Shown here piece after piece: positions 1-25,200 of a stretch of DNA of 64,000 nt. The position numbers and the translations under genes were made by a program. This stretch comes from Bugula neritina (lineage: Eukaryota > Animalia > Bryozoa). The notes under the pieces are model-generated. The model was not told the DNA's origin. It did not search any database and worked only from the letters and a program-made list of their open reading frames with translations. Positions within the stretch are counted from its first letter, which is position 1. Each line of letters starts with the position of its first letter. The DNA lies in contig OZ037767.1 of assembly GCA_964035545.1 (NCBI GenBank), positions 23,204,628 to 23,268,627 of the forward strand, given 5' to 3'.

Positions 1-287
1 TGACGTTAGGAAGGAAATCCAGTCATATTTGCTCCTGTGCCCCATCTGAATAAGTCCTTAGCCCAATTTAACAAAAACTCTTTCTATCAGGGGTTTCTCA
101 CAGGAATGACGACTATAAACTTGCGTGAGTTTTTTTTATAAAATATATCCCATTTTTATACAATACTTTAAACCAAAAATACTTTAAAAAGACCCTACTG
201 AAATAAAATGTCAAATTAAAAAGTTTGAAGGATGCTTGAAGTGATCCATGTCTACAGTACATAGGAGGGGAGGGGGGTGTCCCATAC

Positions 288-11532
<11,245 letters not shown>

Positions 11533-13151
11533 ATTATATACTGCTAAAATAAATCATGTACATGTTGATAATATTCAGAAAGATGAATCTGTAAGTGGAG
11601 ATGAAAAGCGACATTTCTGCAGCAACTTGAACAACATTAATATATACATTGAAGCAAAAATAACTTCAATATCTATAATAGACAATGGTAGACATAAAAA
11701 CATTGGTTCTAACATAAGATTCACACACACATATGCAAGTACTGGAACACAAGCCCCACATATGTCTTAATTGCCCATTATAATATAAATGTGTACAACA
11801 AATTCTATGAAACTGAAAATACCTTGTAATACCGAGAAGTCCAAACAAGTCTACACTGAAAAGGGTAGATGCTAATAGAGCCGTGTGCTACAGCCAAATA
11901 AAAGAAACAGTTTTATGCATTGCAAAGCTTGTGTGCTGTCAAGAGGCTGGGAAGAAGGAGAGACAAAGTTACTTATATTGTTTTAGACATAAATTAGCAC
12001 ACTTACAGCTGTACAAGTAAAATCTCCCACTGATTCAAGATACCATTCTCTGCATCCCCAGTGCTGAGAAACTAACAGCAGAGCTACAAGTAGCTACACT
12101 ACCAGATAAAGAAGTACCCCAGGCTACGTTCCGAGTGAACCCTCAGGCTGTGTTCTGAATGGAAATATACAGTGACAAAAATACTTCCGTGTATATCAGG
12201 CCTACCTTCTGCTATTAACAGGACAACAGCTGTTATGAAAGTCTGTACATAATACACCTCTGGGCTATTTACAAGTTCCATCATAACCTAAAACCTTAAT
12301 CATAGTGTTGGCATTGCGGAACATAAAAGTATGCAAGAGCAGAAACATTAACAAACCAGCTAAAGCTGATCATCATGAAACAGAATCATAATAGAAATAT
12401 TTTATTAAATAATATTAACTTTGGAATAAAATACTATAAGGGTACAATGGCTACAAACAAGCAAAATCATCAATATTTTACTCATTTTCATTTGGTGTTC
12501 AATCAACTAAAACTTGGTTCAACTGTTGACCATTTATTTTACAAAAGTTAAGATTATAAATTATTGAGTTGAAGAAATCACTATAAAAAAGATCTGAGGA
12601 ATAGGTTAAAAGTCAATCGAGCAGGTCCAACCTAGTATTATGACAAACTGATTTTTTGTAATTAAACATATAAACTAATAAAAGTTGTTCTTAGACATTT
12701 GCAATCAGATTTGACACTTTTCAGACTATAAATCTATACTATAGGATGTAGGGCTATGATTGACTGAGGTCAGAGAACAACTGAATTGATTTCTGTAATT
12801 GAGCATGTGATCAAATTTAGAATGACAAAAACTCTTCTTAGCCAATTGCAATTTAATTTGACAATATTCAGGTTATACATGTATGACGCAAAGTTGAGAT
12901 TAACAGGTGAACATACACATAAAAATAAAGCATCACCAGTATTTGATACAGTCACCACCTGACAACCGATTAAATAAAAGCAGCCTGTTCAATGATTATA
13001 TGCTTAGCACTGCCCCCCCCCCCCCGCCCGCCATCAACGGTCACTGAGCAGATCTAGACAGTAGAATCTGGTCAGACAACTCCATACTAGCATCTGATGG
13101 AACCTCATATCCACAAGCGAACATTCACCAAGTTTTGCCATCAGCCCTTCT

Positions 13152-16017
13152 CTAAAGTTTAGTGTTGAGACTATTTACATTGTTACATGGTGCAGTGGTG
13201 ATACCAAGCCTAGCTCTTATCTCTTCTATAGGTGTTTCCCAGTGATTTTCTACGTACAAATTCAACATGAAATTGGAGTTGAAACCATTCTTGATGGACC
13301 ATGGGAACAGCTGAGTGGACCAAATCTTTCTATGTCTACAACATACATATAATTTACTGACCAATGTGTTGTGGTGGTTGTGCAACATTTGCTTATAGCT
13401 TTTAATTTTAAAGAGAGCTTATTCAGCAAAATCTAATTTTAAATTTAATCATTTTTCGAGCAAAAATGATATTCATGAAAATAGAAGAATTGTTGCAGTT
13501 CAAAAAATAGCATTCTAGCCTACAAACCGTTACATCTCTGGCAAAGGCAGGATACTAAATAATCCTAGTAGAAGTAAGACACTTGTATAAACCACCTACC
13601 TGAGCAACACCTGAGCAATACCTGAGTAACACCTGAGTAATACCTGTGTAATATACTTACTTGGGTCCAAGGCGAAATGGTCCACCTATTGCTGCTGCTA
13701 TACACATTGGTAGACCGGTCTGAATAGCTTCGTACCACTTGACTGCAACTTCACCAAGCATATTGGGCTTCATATCTGAATACAAAGACATGAGAACATT
13801 AGAATCACGAGTGAAAATAACAGCAATAATAATAACAGCAGCAGCAGTAGCAGTAGTAACAGCAGCAGCAGCAGTAATAGTAGTAATAGTAATAGGCCTA
13901 CACATAAGCAGACACTCAAGTTAAAGAATTACTAGGGTCTATACATGCAACAACATTGAACAGAGTAATTTAGAGAAGACAACTCCTTGCAAACACTAAA
14001 CAACAACTAGTCAGTTTTTGGCACTACAGAACCAACATTTAGTTTAGAATACCACATTAAAATCACGAAATCAAATATGATAATTTATGTTGAAAATTTC
14101 ATATACCAAGAATAGTGTGCGTAAGGTCATGCATTTGGCGGTATCGCAGCATGATATAAGCTAGCTCTGGATCATCCACAAACTGTACAGGTCTCCGGGA
14201 GTCCGGGTCAAAGCCCTAAAACAGAATAATATGTATACAATGATTACAGGAATTATAATTTTGGCAATTAGTTGGATATCTGAAAATGAGTCACACAATG
14301 ACAGCAGACAAAAAGAAATAATTTCAAATACCATAAACTATTGTAGAGAACATGATACTATATAACTACTTTAGAATCACTGATAAAATTAGGCTATCCA
14401 GCAAAATATTTGCACAGTAGGCAAAATAAAAACCATTAAATATATTATTTAATCTTTTCATAAATAACAGAGTTTATTCAAGTTCTGCCTTATGTTTTTA
14501 GCAGTTAAAGCAGTTGAATCATGATAAAAATTATTTTACATAACTCACATTAATGTTGAGAAAGTTGAAGTAGGCTTTGCCCAAGGTGTGCTCTTCTAGT
14601 TGAGAGAGATACTGCAAATCCACTGTCTCCTTACTAATGATAGGTCTTTCCCTGAAGAAATTTATGAATTTTAATTTAAAAATAAACCTTCTACATGAAA
14701 GCTAAAATTTCATGTCACCACAATTGTAAACCTGATTAGCTGTTACTTAAAACTGAGAGTTGATAAGAAAAATTGAAATGATAATTGCTTACTTGAAAAA
14801 AGAATATATGATTTGAAACATACTGCAATATTCGCTGTCCATCAGGATTGGCCAACATCCTTTTCTTTATACTAGAGAGAGCACAACTACCAGACGCCTC
14901 TCCCATGGCACATATCATGTCTAAAACATATTAATTTTTTCTTACTAAATCTCAGAAGAAACTCATGTCACTGATTGCAGAGGCTACAGAAAGAAAGATA
15001 ACACATAATAACAGCTCACCATCTCTGGCAGGATCACGTATAGCAGCAAAAGCTGAGATGCCAGTGAGGAGTGCTTTCTGAAAAGGAGACGTCAAGATGT
15101 GACCTGGATAGAGTTGCTGTGGTGTCTGGTGGCTACTGGCTGAGCTGGTATGATTTGCACGACAAGAGAAAGGTCCCGGTGCTGCTAAAAGCGTGATTAA
15201 ATTAAGTGACGTTAAGATACAAAAAGTGAATGCTATGTAAGACTATTTTCTCCCACAACTTGTGTACCCAATTTTTGCAAATTGTAAAAATATGAAACAA
15301 AAAAAACAAAAAGTAACACAAAAAACATATTTATCCAGGCGTCTTCTAACTCCCAAAAATGCATTCATAGGACCCCTTTGCCCTCCTATATTGTGCTGAT
15401 TAAGTTTTTGGTATAATTATTTCTATTCTAGATGAACGCAGTAATTAGTTAGATATAAGTAGTCCTGGTAGGAAAGAAAATCTTTAATTTTAAAGATATT
15501 CATCACAGATGGTTGAAGGGAATATAATTTTTCAACTTTCCACATTGAAAACCTATGACTGAGTGTAAATAAAACGACAGTAATACTATTTAATGATTGT
15601 TCTTATACTATTCAAAGTCTTATAACTTTAGTCTAATAGTTGGGCAAAGCTGAATGAGTATATTATACCTTAGATTGAGTCAACTATCTTCTGTTATTAT
15701 GTTTCGGACTACTAAAAAAAATGGTTACTTAAAAGTGTGCAAAAAATAATCAATATCTGCGGCACAGGAGTAGTTTTGATTGGATGCTTTTCCTGACATC
15801 ACTGTGGCTCAGATTTGAACTCATTAGCTTGTGCACACTAGAAAACTAAATCACTAAAAAACCATCTTATAACTAAGAAATTAAAGCAGATCGAAATACC
15901 AATAATTGAATAATAAAAATTGAAAAAAAAAACATATAAAGTCTCACCATAAAGCAACCTTGTAGACCTAGCATGTCTCAGAAGTGAATAGACCCGTAGT
16001 GTAGATCCAAAGTGCAT
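13152..16017 (-). CDS. COQ4: Ubiquinone biosynthesis protein COQ4, mitochondrial
   Basis: Exons 15948-16017 (Arg/Ser-rich presequence [23 protein letters not shown]), 15020-15184 ([16 protein letters not shown]...DPAR), 14824-14920 (DMICAMGE), 14549-14651 (ERPII...TLGKAY), 14107-14215 ([33 protein letters not shown], HDxxH metal motif), 13661-13775 ([21 protein letters not shown]), 13152-13335 (stop). All phases match. Confidence 0.95.
15764..15860. mobile_element. Degenerate dispersed repeat, probable SINE remnant (copy 1)
   Basis: acaggagtagttttgattggatgcttttcctgacatcac aligns with acaggagcaattatgattggatgctccgcctaacatcac at 62537. Confidence 0.45.
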
Positions 16018-16599
16018 GATTAAAACATCTAAAAGGTAAACAATTAGTTGAATTAAAAAAAAATATTATATTTTAAAACAGCAAAAATTTGGATGAAATG
16101 TTTATCATATGCAATAGCTTGTCTAGACTAGCTCTTCTAGCAACTTGGAGTACATCAAATCTAGCATAATTTAATCAGCAGGTGACGCAATACATTTTAA
16201 TTAAGGTAAAGGTTTACAATATTTGCACATGGTGTCTAATATGAGGAATCCAGCTTATTTATTTTGTTACATCAACGTTAGCTGCATTTTACTACAGCAA
16301 TTATTCACTACAGGTATATGTATGATAGAGTCACTCCAGAAATCGTAAAAGTTTTTTTTTACTGTGAACTTTAAAATATAAAGTGAACATGTAAAAAAGA
16401 TAAAATTAAAAACAAACAAAACAAAAACTGAACTTGAAGTCAATTATAACTGAATCTATTTTAAAAATTAAAATTTTAATTATAAGCAAACTAAATGTTT
16501 ATGAAATACAGCTTGGGCTTAGCCTTATACTTATAATTATTTCAAGAAAAAAAATTAAAGTGTAGAGATAAACTAATGGGTAATGAAAAACCAAAGACT

Positions 16600-18900
16600 T
16601 AACAACCATAATGATAATCATAATGCATAGTAATACTGATACTGATAGTAAAGCTTTTTATGTAGATAATATTAATAAGATATAGCTAACCTTTCGTTAA
16701 TCATTTTAAGTTAAGCTCAAGTTAAACTGAGTCATGATGTTTAGATATAACTTTTATAACATTTACTATCATTATCAATATACAATACTATTAATAATTA
16801 TAATATTATTATCAATTATATTTATAACATTTGACTTTGTGATATGACTGTGATTTACATGAAATTGAATATCAATATGCTTACTTCAATCTGTTTTATT
16901 ACTATCATAATCATATACAGTATAACACATATTTTAACTTAAAGTTAATACTAATATCAATGTGAACGTGATAATAGATTTATGGTGATAATCATATAGA
17001 TTATCATAAACATTATGATTGTTAGGTAACGCTTTTATTTTTGTGCGGTTCAACTAAAACCATACCAATTTCTGCAACAGCATCATATTAGTAAGTGAAT
17101 TGCATGCATACTAGAATGTTTAATCTGATAGTATTGTATCGGAAAATCCTACCTGCTTACATTTCGGCTTGGCCAACATTAAAATGATCTCTTTATCTAA
17201 AATGTATAGCTAAGACGAGATGAAGCAAAAGCGGTTAAAGATATTATTTGTAACGCATTGACCTATATTCTCCGCCAGGAAATAGTTGATACAAAAACTC
17301 AAACTGAACACAAGTTGAAGTACAACTTCAAGTACTACTACTAGTAGTGATAGTCGATAACAATTAAAATTATTAATGTTAATATCTAATATATCAGTAA
17401 ATATGATATATTATGTCAGTGTTAACTAATTACGCGTTTTGTTAGTGTTACTCTTTCTAATTATTAACATAATTGTTTACATTTACTGATTTAGTGATTT
17501 GCAATCACTAAAAGTAAAAGTAAAACTAAAAGTAAATCTAATTCTAAAACTTTGAGTAAAACTAAAAGTAAGCAAGTAAATGAAATTGAATTTGAATGAC
17601 AATAAATAATTGACATCATGATCATCTTCATGAAGTGATCATAATCAAGTTAAAGTTGTGATCAACTTCAAGCTCAACTTTAAGACATCAAAGTTACTGG
17701 TTAGACTTTGTTTTACTCTTACTCTAACTCTTAGACATGTCTGTCATGATGATGACTCATGAGTCATAAGACTGACTCAGCCAGTGACTGATTTTAAAAG
17801 GGAGTAATCACTAAGTCTAATTTAATAGCTTATGTTTTTTACAGCAAACTAAAACATGAATTGAAATTATAATCAATATTAATAATTATAATATTAATTA
17901 AAAATTTATCAATATTATTAATATAAAATTGAGTATGCAATATGAAGATGTACGAGATTGACTTTGAATATCACTATCAGTATCAATTTTTTAAAATAAA
18001 ATCAATATGAATATCACTGAGTTGGATAACTATTACTCAACTAATAGTTATAGCTAGTAGTACCATTATTAAATTTAATACTAATGCTGAGACGGGTAAT
18101 ACTAATACTCAGTAATAGTATTAATATCATGAATATGAGGATCAGAAAGTAATTACTAAAAGTTAAAGTGCATGACTTTGCATTATTATTTTTGAATCAA
18201 TCAAATTCAATAGAATTGTCATTATGATAATACAAAATTTCTTAAATTAATTAACTTTAAGCTAAGAAAAAAAGTAAATTACAGTAATTAAATTATAAGC
18301 AGTATGACGTATTACCATTAGTATAACTATAACTGTATAAGTATTAGATTACCAATATCTCTATTGGTATCATTATGAATACCAGTATGAGTATTACATT
18401 TACTGAGTATTAGTCTTTTAGTGTTACCAATATTATGACTATGAGTATGAGCTAGGCATAAACTTAAAGTATCAGTGTGAATATAAATATTACTAATGAC
18501 TGTATTTATGTTTATACTGATTGACTTCATTGCCTAGTGGAATGAGTTTGAGTATAATAACTATTGTAGTTATAGTATGACTATAATACCCTAAAATTAA
18601 TATCATTATTATAAGTATAATGATTATTATGTATAGCTGAACTTTAAGAGTAAGTATCAGTATGGCCATGGCTATTGTTATGATTATATTGATAATGATT
18701 AATACACTTATCATAGCGTTGTGAGTGATTGATATCACCATGGCTGTTGTTTTTACTGCAACTATTACTAATAATGTTAATCTGACTGCTATTGTTACTT
18801 GGAAACTATGGGTATTAGTTAATATCATTATGAGTATTACTATTACATTAGTTTTAAGTTTTACTATTAGTTAGAGTTAGTTTGAACTTAAGTTATAGCT
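16600..18900. repeat. Degenerate 6-bp-periodic low-complexity tract (tattag/tattac/agttaa type) between the 5' ends of COQ4 and the CIN85-like gene
   Basis: Runs such as aaagtaaaagtaaaactaaaagtaaatcta and attatgagtattactattacattagttttaagt; yields I/T/S-rich spurious ORFs. Confidence 0.6.
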
Positions 18901-21349
18901 CAATTTAAATTTGCAAAAAGTTTCAACGGTAATGAATATTGGTGAAAAATAATTTGACAAGGTATTGCATATTTTTTTAAATTCCTTTCATTATGAATTT
19001 TACTATGATTTATTATTTTACTTCCGTAAGTAAGTGACATTTAAGTTTTCTATGATTAGGGAAGTTGTAAAATAATTCCCATTGAATCTCAAAAACTCTA
19101 TTTTATTAGTTGAAAGTTCAACTGAAATATGTTTCATTGACATGAACAGTAGATAGCATAAAATGACTTTTATCAAAGATGTGTCAGAAAACTCTTTGAT
19201 TGGCAAGGTTCCTACTTAGTTGGGCAAAGCGAGGATTCTGATTCATTGGCTAGTCTTGATAGTCTATTTTTGAATACTTTTCTACTAAATAATCTATTTC
19301 AGGCTCGCAACCTCACCATTTCCTTATGATGTCATGTAAATGCAATGTGTTAACAAACTTGTTTGGTAAAGGGCAATGGGTGAACATCTGATATGTCAAT
19401 ATATTATTGTGTGAACAAGACACTGGTGTATTAATTATATTTCTTTTTAGTTTTTGTTTAACAAGGAACTTGCATCTTTTAAATTTTGACCTCTGGTTGT
19501 ACGCTTCTATATTTAATTTATGGTCTGGTTTTTTTATTTGTAATTTCATTTTGAACTTTGATAATTGCATAATCTACAAAAAACTTTGTAAATTTACTAT
19601 TGTGAAAAATAGGATATTGGAGTTCAGTTTTTTATTACTCCTCTCTTGAGCACAGTGGTCAAGTGATCAACTGCTTTTGATAATAGGTTGTAAATATTTT
19701 TGGCACATTTATTGCTAAATTTTCACAATGTGCAGCACTATAGGGAAAGAATTTTTTTTTTTGTGTAATCTGTTTACCCACTTTTCATTTATAGATATGG
19801 TGCTGGTTTACCATGATAGCCAAACTTGATCTTGTATATTTTCAGCACAAAAGATTTACTTTCTCTTTTCTGACGAAGACTTGTTGACTCTGTGGACACT
19901 ATAATATCTTTCATACTATTGGTTACTCTAATGTACAATAAAGATGGGTGAGTACCTACACTTGTATGAGCAATAGCTGTTTTCAGTGTTGCTTTGAATT
20001 TTATATGTACAATTGAGATTATCTGCAAACCCATTAAAGTTTACAAAATAAGTTGAGTCAGTTGAGTAAATTTTCCCCAGACAAAGTTCAAGTAGTTTGC
20101 ATATCAGTGTCACTCTCTTTCATGTTGTGGCAGGTTTGTTTGTGTATATCATCATGATGTCTTTCAATGCAGCCAATGAGGTTATGCTATCAATATAATA
20201 TTTAGTGTTATTGATAGATAACTTTATCTGAGAATGTGTTTCCTGTTAGAGTTGGAACCTGCAATACAATCTCACAGATGACTGTTAAGCTACTAAGTTT
20301 GTTATCGCTCATGCACTAAACTGGTACAACATTACTGTTACTGTAACTATAACTACTGCTGTCACTATTACTGTTACTATAACTATAACCATTACTCAGA
20401 GTGATAGGGCCGGCACTGAGGCACCGGAGTACTGTATCTGTGAATGAGAAAGCCATGCTATACATGTGCAATTCAAAATGTCAAATTTTTCAAACGGCAG
20501 AACTCTGTTTCTTCTAACAGTAAATAATCAAATGATATGTTCACTTTTTCTTATTAATCAGAGTGCCTTTTATACATCAAGTTAACTTAATTAAAACTAT
20601 AGCTTTAACAAGATAATGAGGCCCCAAGGAAGTTCTAAGTCAGACAATCAATGTCTTCCTCAGGGTTTAAAGTTTGTCCTGTCCTGATGATGAAAACCTG
20701 CCAATTATCTTTTATTTTAAAATTTGCTCAAGAAATGCTTTGTTGTAATTATTTTGGGTGGGTTTTTTATGAATTTTATGGATAATGGATAATCTAAATA
20801 TCAAACAACTATTCAGTGACATGAAGGATACATTCAAGTGCTTTTATGCTTGTTTCAATAGCTAATGTTTGGATGGACGGACCTGAACAAGAATACATTA
20901 GTCATAACTACTGTAAGCAATAGCTTTTATATATCATTGTACTATAGATAAGATTACACTATCACAATAGTATTCATCACTTTTTATTTACTCGTATGAT
21001 TTAGTTTCTCTTTTAGAAACATATAAACATTTTGAAAATCACAGAAAATAAATGGCTCCAAAGCTGCAGTGTGACTAGTTGGAAAGTTTTCAGTTGATGA
21101 AATAGAACAATCTAATGATGTAGGGAGTCAACTAAACGCTGATGATATTTCCTACTAACTTTTCAGCTGCTGGACAACTAGCTTTAAAAATCATAAATAC
21201 ATTTTTATATTTAATTCTTCAAATCACTTCTCATCATTATTTTCAATGGGAAGACTATTTGTGAACATACTTGACTAGCTATTTAACATACATGTTCGCT
21301 GTGGGATTTTTGTGAGAATACGGATGTCCCTATCACTCTACCCCGGTTA

Positions 21350-21415
21350 CTCTAACTACTATCATTACTACTGCTATAACTACTTCAACTACTACTACTG
21401 CTACTACTACTGCTA

Positions 21416-21495
<80 letters not shown>

Positions 21496-21520
21496 GCTAC
21501 TACTGCTACTACCGCTACCA
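21350..21520. repeat. (TAC)n trinucleotide microsatellite
   Basis: Near-perfect tac run; explains the poly-Y and poly-V ORFs. Confidence 0.95.
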
Positions 21521-21623
21521 CACAACTACATTGATACCACCGATCCTACTGCTATTACCACCACTCTGTCATTATATGTTAATAAACTTATTTTATGCTG
21601 TTGATTTCTTTTCAACCTGTTAG

Positions 21624-22208
21624 TCAAAGTGCTAGTGAAGTATGATTATGACGCCACACAAGATGACGAACTAACTATAAAAAATGGAGACATTATATCT
21701 GACGTGAAGAAACAACCAGGAGGATGGTGGGAAGGAGTGTTGAATGGACAGAGAGGGGTCTTCCCTGATAACTTTGTAGAGGTTAGAACTTCCTTGTATC
21801 TGTGGTATCTTCAAAAGTGTGTTGGCTGTTACTGACCAAAACTTAGCCCAAATTCTAACCTAATTGGTTACAGACTCAGTCTGTATTTCTCTATGATTTA
21901 TTGAGTAACTTTCATTGAATAACTATATAATAATCAATATGGCTAGTCTACCTGGATTGTTGCTAGTATGTCTGTAGCATAATTCACATATAACTGAAAT
22001 CTGCAGTTTTCTAACTTGTAATTCAACTGAAATTAAATATTATGAGCCAGCATTAATATATTTCCAGTTAACTTGTATCAAAGATAGTTAAGTGTTAATT
22101 AAATAGTACCTACTAGTAAAAACTTATTAAAATAAATACTTTATGTTGTTATTAAGATTTTTAGTTTTTTTACTTTGTTTTAGCTAGTAGTATTACTATC
22201 TATAAAAT

Positions 22209-22284
<76 letters not shown>

Positions 22285-25200
22285 GTAATGAATAAATGAT
22301 CATAGATTAATGTGTCATGTGCAGAGTCAAGTGTAGAATAGTGCATATATAGTATGTTGGATAATGTATAATGATGTATATTATGTGGACTCGCGTTGTG
22401 CTAGAAGCTATTATTGAAAAACTTATTGATTATTTGTTAGAATATGCCTCCTTAAGTCATGTGTAATGTATATGCTATGTGATAAGTGATCTCTTCGTTC
22501 ACAGTGCTTGTTCAGGTACTTTCATCTCAAGCACTATATAATCATATCTCTGTCCTGAACCTTACACATAATAGCCCAAATCATTGTATATTCAATCTGA
22601 AAAGAAGATCCTATTATTATACTATTAAGTGTGCTTTACTGTCTTATATTCTATAGAATGTATAAAATACTGTATCGCATCTATAAAGTATATAACGCAG
22701 CACTCTGTACTCATGAAATGGGATTATGGCAGGGTATTATGTTCATGTTTACCTTAGCTAACATTAATGGCATTAACTGGAGCATCCTTTATTCTTTTTG
22801 AATATTATGTTTTCTGGATTGCTGCAGCCCTAGTTAGAAGTAGAAATCATAAAAGTGTTTTATTATTTTTAGTAGCAATAGTAGCAGTGGTAGTAATAGT
22901 AGCAGTAGTAGTACTTAGTAGTAGTAGTACTTAGTAGTAGTACTTGTAGTAGTAATGGTACTAGTAGTGGTAGTAGTAGTGGTGGTAGTGGTAGTAGTAG
23001 TGGTGGTAGTGGTAGTAGTAGCATTGGTAGGAGTAACAGTGTCGTAGTGCATACTACCTACTCATACACACACACACACTACTTATTTAATCTCTTATCT
23101 CAATCTGAATGAATACAGTAAACACGCCTTTATCTAATTCCTACATACCTGTATGCTATATACTCTTACAGGACTATACTCCACCGCCTATGGCTGAACC
23201 ACCGAAAGGACCTAAACCAGGTGCTGGTAAAAATGTGTCCGACATAAAAAGTAGAATTGCAGATCAAATAAAGGCGGGACCACCCCCACCAATGAAAGGT
23301 GAGTTGACCTGGGGTGAACACTGTGATCTATATCCCGTCTATTAGGACACGGTTTTTATAGAGTATTCATACCTTTCTCAAAGTGAATCTTGAACAATGG
23401 GAGAATTGCTCTGGTAATATTTCTTTCTGGTCTGGTCGTCTTATACTTCTGGTGACATGTATGTGTTGCCTATTAGAATAGCAATAATACTTTCTCAAGA
23501 TATTTAAACTAGTGGTTTGTCTTCTGAGTTTTGATCTGGTGGTATTCATGCTAGAGGGTTAGAGAATGGGAGAGTGAACGGGCTGTATTTGTTTCACTAT
23601 AACTTGCTTTCTAGCTCTATTGAAGGCCTTGACTCTAAATTTCGCCTTAGAGTTGTGTTTTCAAGGTTTTTGTATGGCAATTGAATTTACAATATAACAG
23701 CTTTGTTTCAAGTGCAGGTAACTTCATGTTCAGGGGACAATATAGATTGGAATTTACAAAAACAACCTGTATTTCAGCACCTACTTCCGCCATGCTAGCC
23801 TTGGTTCATGAACAGACAATGACTAACTGTACACTTGCCCTCACTCTTGGGAAATTTCGCATCTAAATTTGTTGCCTTTTTTACACTGATTCATTTTCTC
23901 TTTTAATACTGCAGTTATCAAAGGTATTGTATGGTGTAAGCTCCCATTTTCCTGCCTCCATTTTACAGACTTTAAGTTTGACTGTTGTAAGATTTTAAAT
24001 GAGAGGAATAGGCGGTGCTTGCGTAATGCTGATATGTGATACTAAATAGTGAGACACCTCCCGCTACTTGTTACCACAACCTGGCTGCCGCAGCAATTGC
24101 TGCAACAGAAATGGATGCCATATGCTGACCCTGTACTAGACTTACTTGCGGTCTACATCCTTGACAACTGACAACAACTGCTTTCAACCTTCTTTTGTTA
24201 CCCCAAATCCCAATTCCTCTGCGACACCTTCTCTAGTAGTGCCCTTTTCAAATATCACTGGGAAATAAACAATCAGCTAAATAAATTATGATAATGTTCA
24301 CTGTTCATGGAGTATTACCATACAAGATAATGCTTGGGTTACTCTGTATAAACCAGGAAGTTGTTCAGTCACCATATTTTGACGGAGTAGTAAGATAAAA
24401 ACAGTTTGCCGAGTCTGTATGTATAATAGAAGTATAATATAATAGAGGGCCTAATCTATTTTGGAGAAAGCATACAGTTGTTTTTATCTAAGGGGTGCAA
24501 TAATAATCACCATTGAGTATTCCATGCTGACAGTAACTCTCTATACAGTTGTGAGCTGCATACAGTAGGATCTGGTTGATTTCCTGGGGTTCTAACAGAA
24601 AATTGCAATCTCAAACTATTTTTACTGATGCAACTAGATCTCAATGCAATTATATCTTGCTGTGTACATAGTTAGTGTAATCATGCCCATATATGGACGG
24701 GATTCATTTTTGGCTGCGAAGTAACATTTTTTTGAATAGGGTATTGAAACATTTGGTTTTTTCCCAGTAGATTCGGCATGTCGACTTGCATTTAATTTTT
24801 GCCGTATTCATCAGCACTTTTGTGCAGGGTTTTTTCACTTAAGTTTTTAATGCACCAGCTGAATGTTAAAAAAGTAATGGCTGCGTATTATGAGTGCCCA
24901 ATGGTTGTGTTTCAGCTGGAGGTGGTAAGCCTAAACAGATGGCAATTGTGTTATTTGAATATAAACCTGAACAGCCTGATGAACTAGAACTAAATGAAGG
25001 AGATGAAGTGGAGATAGTTAGAATGGTAAGGAAGTAAATATGTAGAATAGAAAGTAAATATGTAGAATAGAAAGTAAATATATAGAATAGAAAGTAGATA
25101 TATAGAATAGAAAGTAGAGATGTACAGTAAACGGTAAGCAGATGTATATATAAAATAGTAAGTAGAGATATGTAGAATAAAAAGTAGAAATATATAATAT

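Noticed and set aside
16576-16585. ATGG|GTAATG as first coding exon of the CIN85-like gene
   Set aside because: Phase fits, but a 4-nt match in AT-rich DNA is not distinctive and probably lies within the COQ4 5' intron; left unresolved.
21312-21623. Poly-Tyr and poly-Val ORFs
   Set aside because: Translation of a (TAC)n microsatellite.
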